Below, piece after piece: positions 46,458 through 46,962 of a stretch of DNA of 46,962 bases. Each line of letters starts with the position of its first letter. The stretch's first letter is position 1. The notes under the pieces are model-generated. The model worked only from the letters and a program-made list of their open reading frames with translations, had not been told where the DNA came from and made no database searches. Source of the stretch: Verrucomicrobiota bacterium (GTDB lineage: Bacteria; Verrucomicrobiota; Verrucomicrobiia; Chthoniobacterales; UBA10450); assembly GCA_003218705.1 (NCBI GenBank), contig QHOI01000157.1, forward strand, positions 1-46,962. Reading direction: 5' to 3'. The translations under genes were made by a program, and so were the position numbers.

Positions 46458-46962
46458 AGTCTCTCGCTCTTCTCCACGCATCGGAGCTGGTCACGTTGGC
46501 GGGTCCGAAACGTCCACGCCTTGGCAAGGAATTGTCCGAGCTGGCAATTATTCGCGACGGCGGAATGCTGATTCGCCATGGCAAGATCGACATCGTCGGA
46601 CCGAGCGATGAAATCGAGAAGAAAGCGGGCGACGCGGAGATTATCGATCTTGGCGGGCGGCTAGTGCTTCCCGGATTTGTTGACGCGCACACCCATTTGG
46701 TTTTCGCGGGAAATCGATTGGACGATTTCGAGCGGCGCGCCCGTGGCGAAAGCTATGAGCAAATCGCCAAGGTTGGTGGCGGAATTTGGTCAACGGTCGA
46801 GAAAACGCGCGCCGCGACCGAGGACGAACTTTTCGCGCAGACGAAAAAGCATGCGGGTTGGTTTCTGAAATGCGGCACGACAACGGTTGAAGCGAAATCA
46901 GGCTACGGACTTACACTCGACGATGAGCTTAAGATTTTGCGCGTGATGCAGCGATTGAATCA
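46454..46962 (+). CDS. hutI: Imidazolonepropionase, 3' partial
   Basis: Not in the ORF track because no stop occurs before the window end. The TTG at 46454 overlaps the ftcD stop (TTGA). The frame reads ...LVTLAGP...IIRDGGMLIRHGKIDIVGP...LVLPGFVDAHTHLVFAGNR...TTVEAKSGYGL..., with the HxH amidohydrolase metal site. Confidence 0.85.
   Translation, partial: MKSLALLHASELVTLAGPKRPRLGKELSELAIIRDGGMLIRHGKIDIVGPSDEIEKKAGDAEIIDLGGRLVLPGFVDAHTHLVFAGNRLDDFERRARGESYEQIAKVGGGIWSTVEKTRAATEDELFAQTKKHAGWFLKCGTTTVEAKSGYGLTLDDELKILRVMQRLN

Noticed and set aside
1-46962. Scan for tRNA, rRNA, CRISPR arrays, IS elements, integrases and toxin-antitoxin or defence-type gene pairs
   Set aside because: All intergenic gaps are under about 190 nt and none shows tRNA-like arms or direct-repeat/spacer periodicity. 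No ORF has transposase, integrase, nuclease-defence or TA signatures that I can recognise.

Overview
Bacterial chromosomal window, moderately GC-rich by eye (not computed), and mostly core genome. Nt 6708-24598 on the + strand hold a tightly packed str/S10/spc/alpha ribosomal-protein supercluster, running rpsL-rpsG-fusA-rpsJ ... secY-adk-map-infA-rpmJ-rpsM-rpsK-rpsD. Upstream lie a 5'-partial FGE-sulfatase-domain gene, rpsU, one secreted hypothetical and a minus-strand tgt-yajC-secDF block. Downstream is a mixed region: a small helical protein, an orphan CheY-like receiver, a DUF2934-like protein, a DUF360/holin-like membrane protein, trpF, an orphan secretin and an ECF sigma factor. It continues with futalosine-pathway mqn genes, recJ-recG-htrA, a W/Y/G-rich secreted repeat protein, asd, a signal-less YkuD L,D-transpeptidase and small lipoproteins. 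A hutH-hutU-ftcD-hutI histidine-degradation operon runs off the 3' edge. I found no rRNA, tRNA, CRISPR array, transposase/integrase or prophage block. The most unusual feature is a 263-codon ORF for a signal-peptide plus coiled-coil protein, wedged with zero-nucleotide junctions between rpsS and rplV inside the S10 operon. Other observations worth a second look:
- The cluster lacks tuf, rpsN, rpmD, rpoA and rplQ.
- Gene junctions follow a recurrent Shine-Dalgarno-less pattern of stop codon, T-rich 3-8 nt spacer, then ATG.
- Many ribosomal proteins carry K/E/A/P-rich tails.
- SecY has an extra C-terminal hydrophobic helix.
- A eukaryote-style fused FTCD sits in the hut operon.

Gene content suggests a PVC/Verrucomicrobiota-like organism: SecDF fusion, futalosine pathway, FGE-sulfatase and DUF2934-like proteins, and SD-poor starts. 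That is a low-confidence inference.
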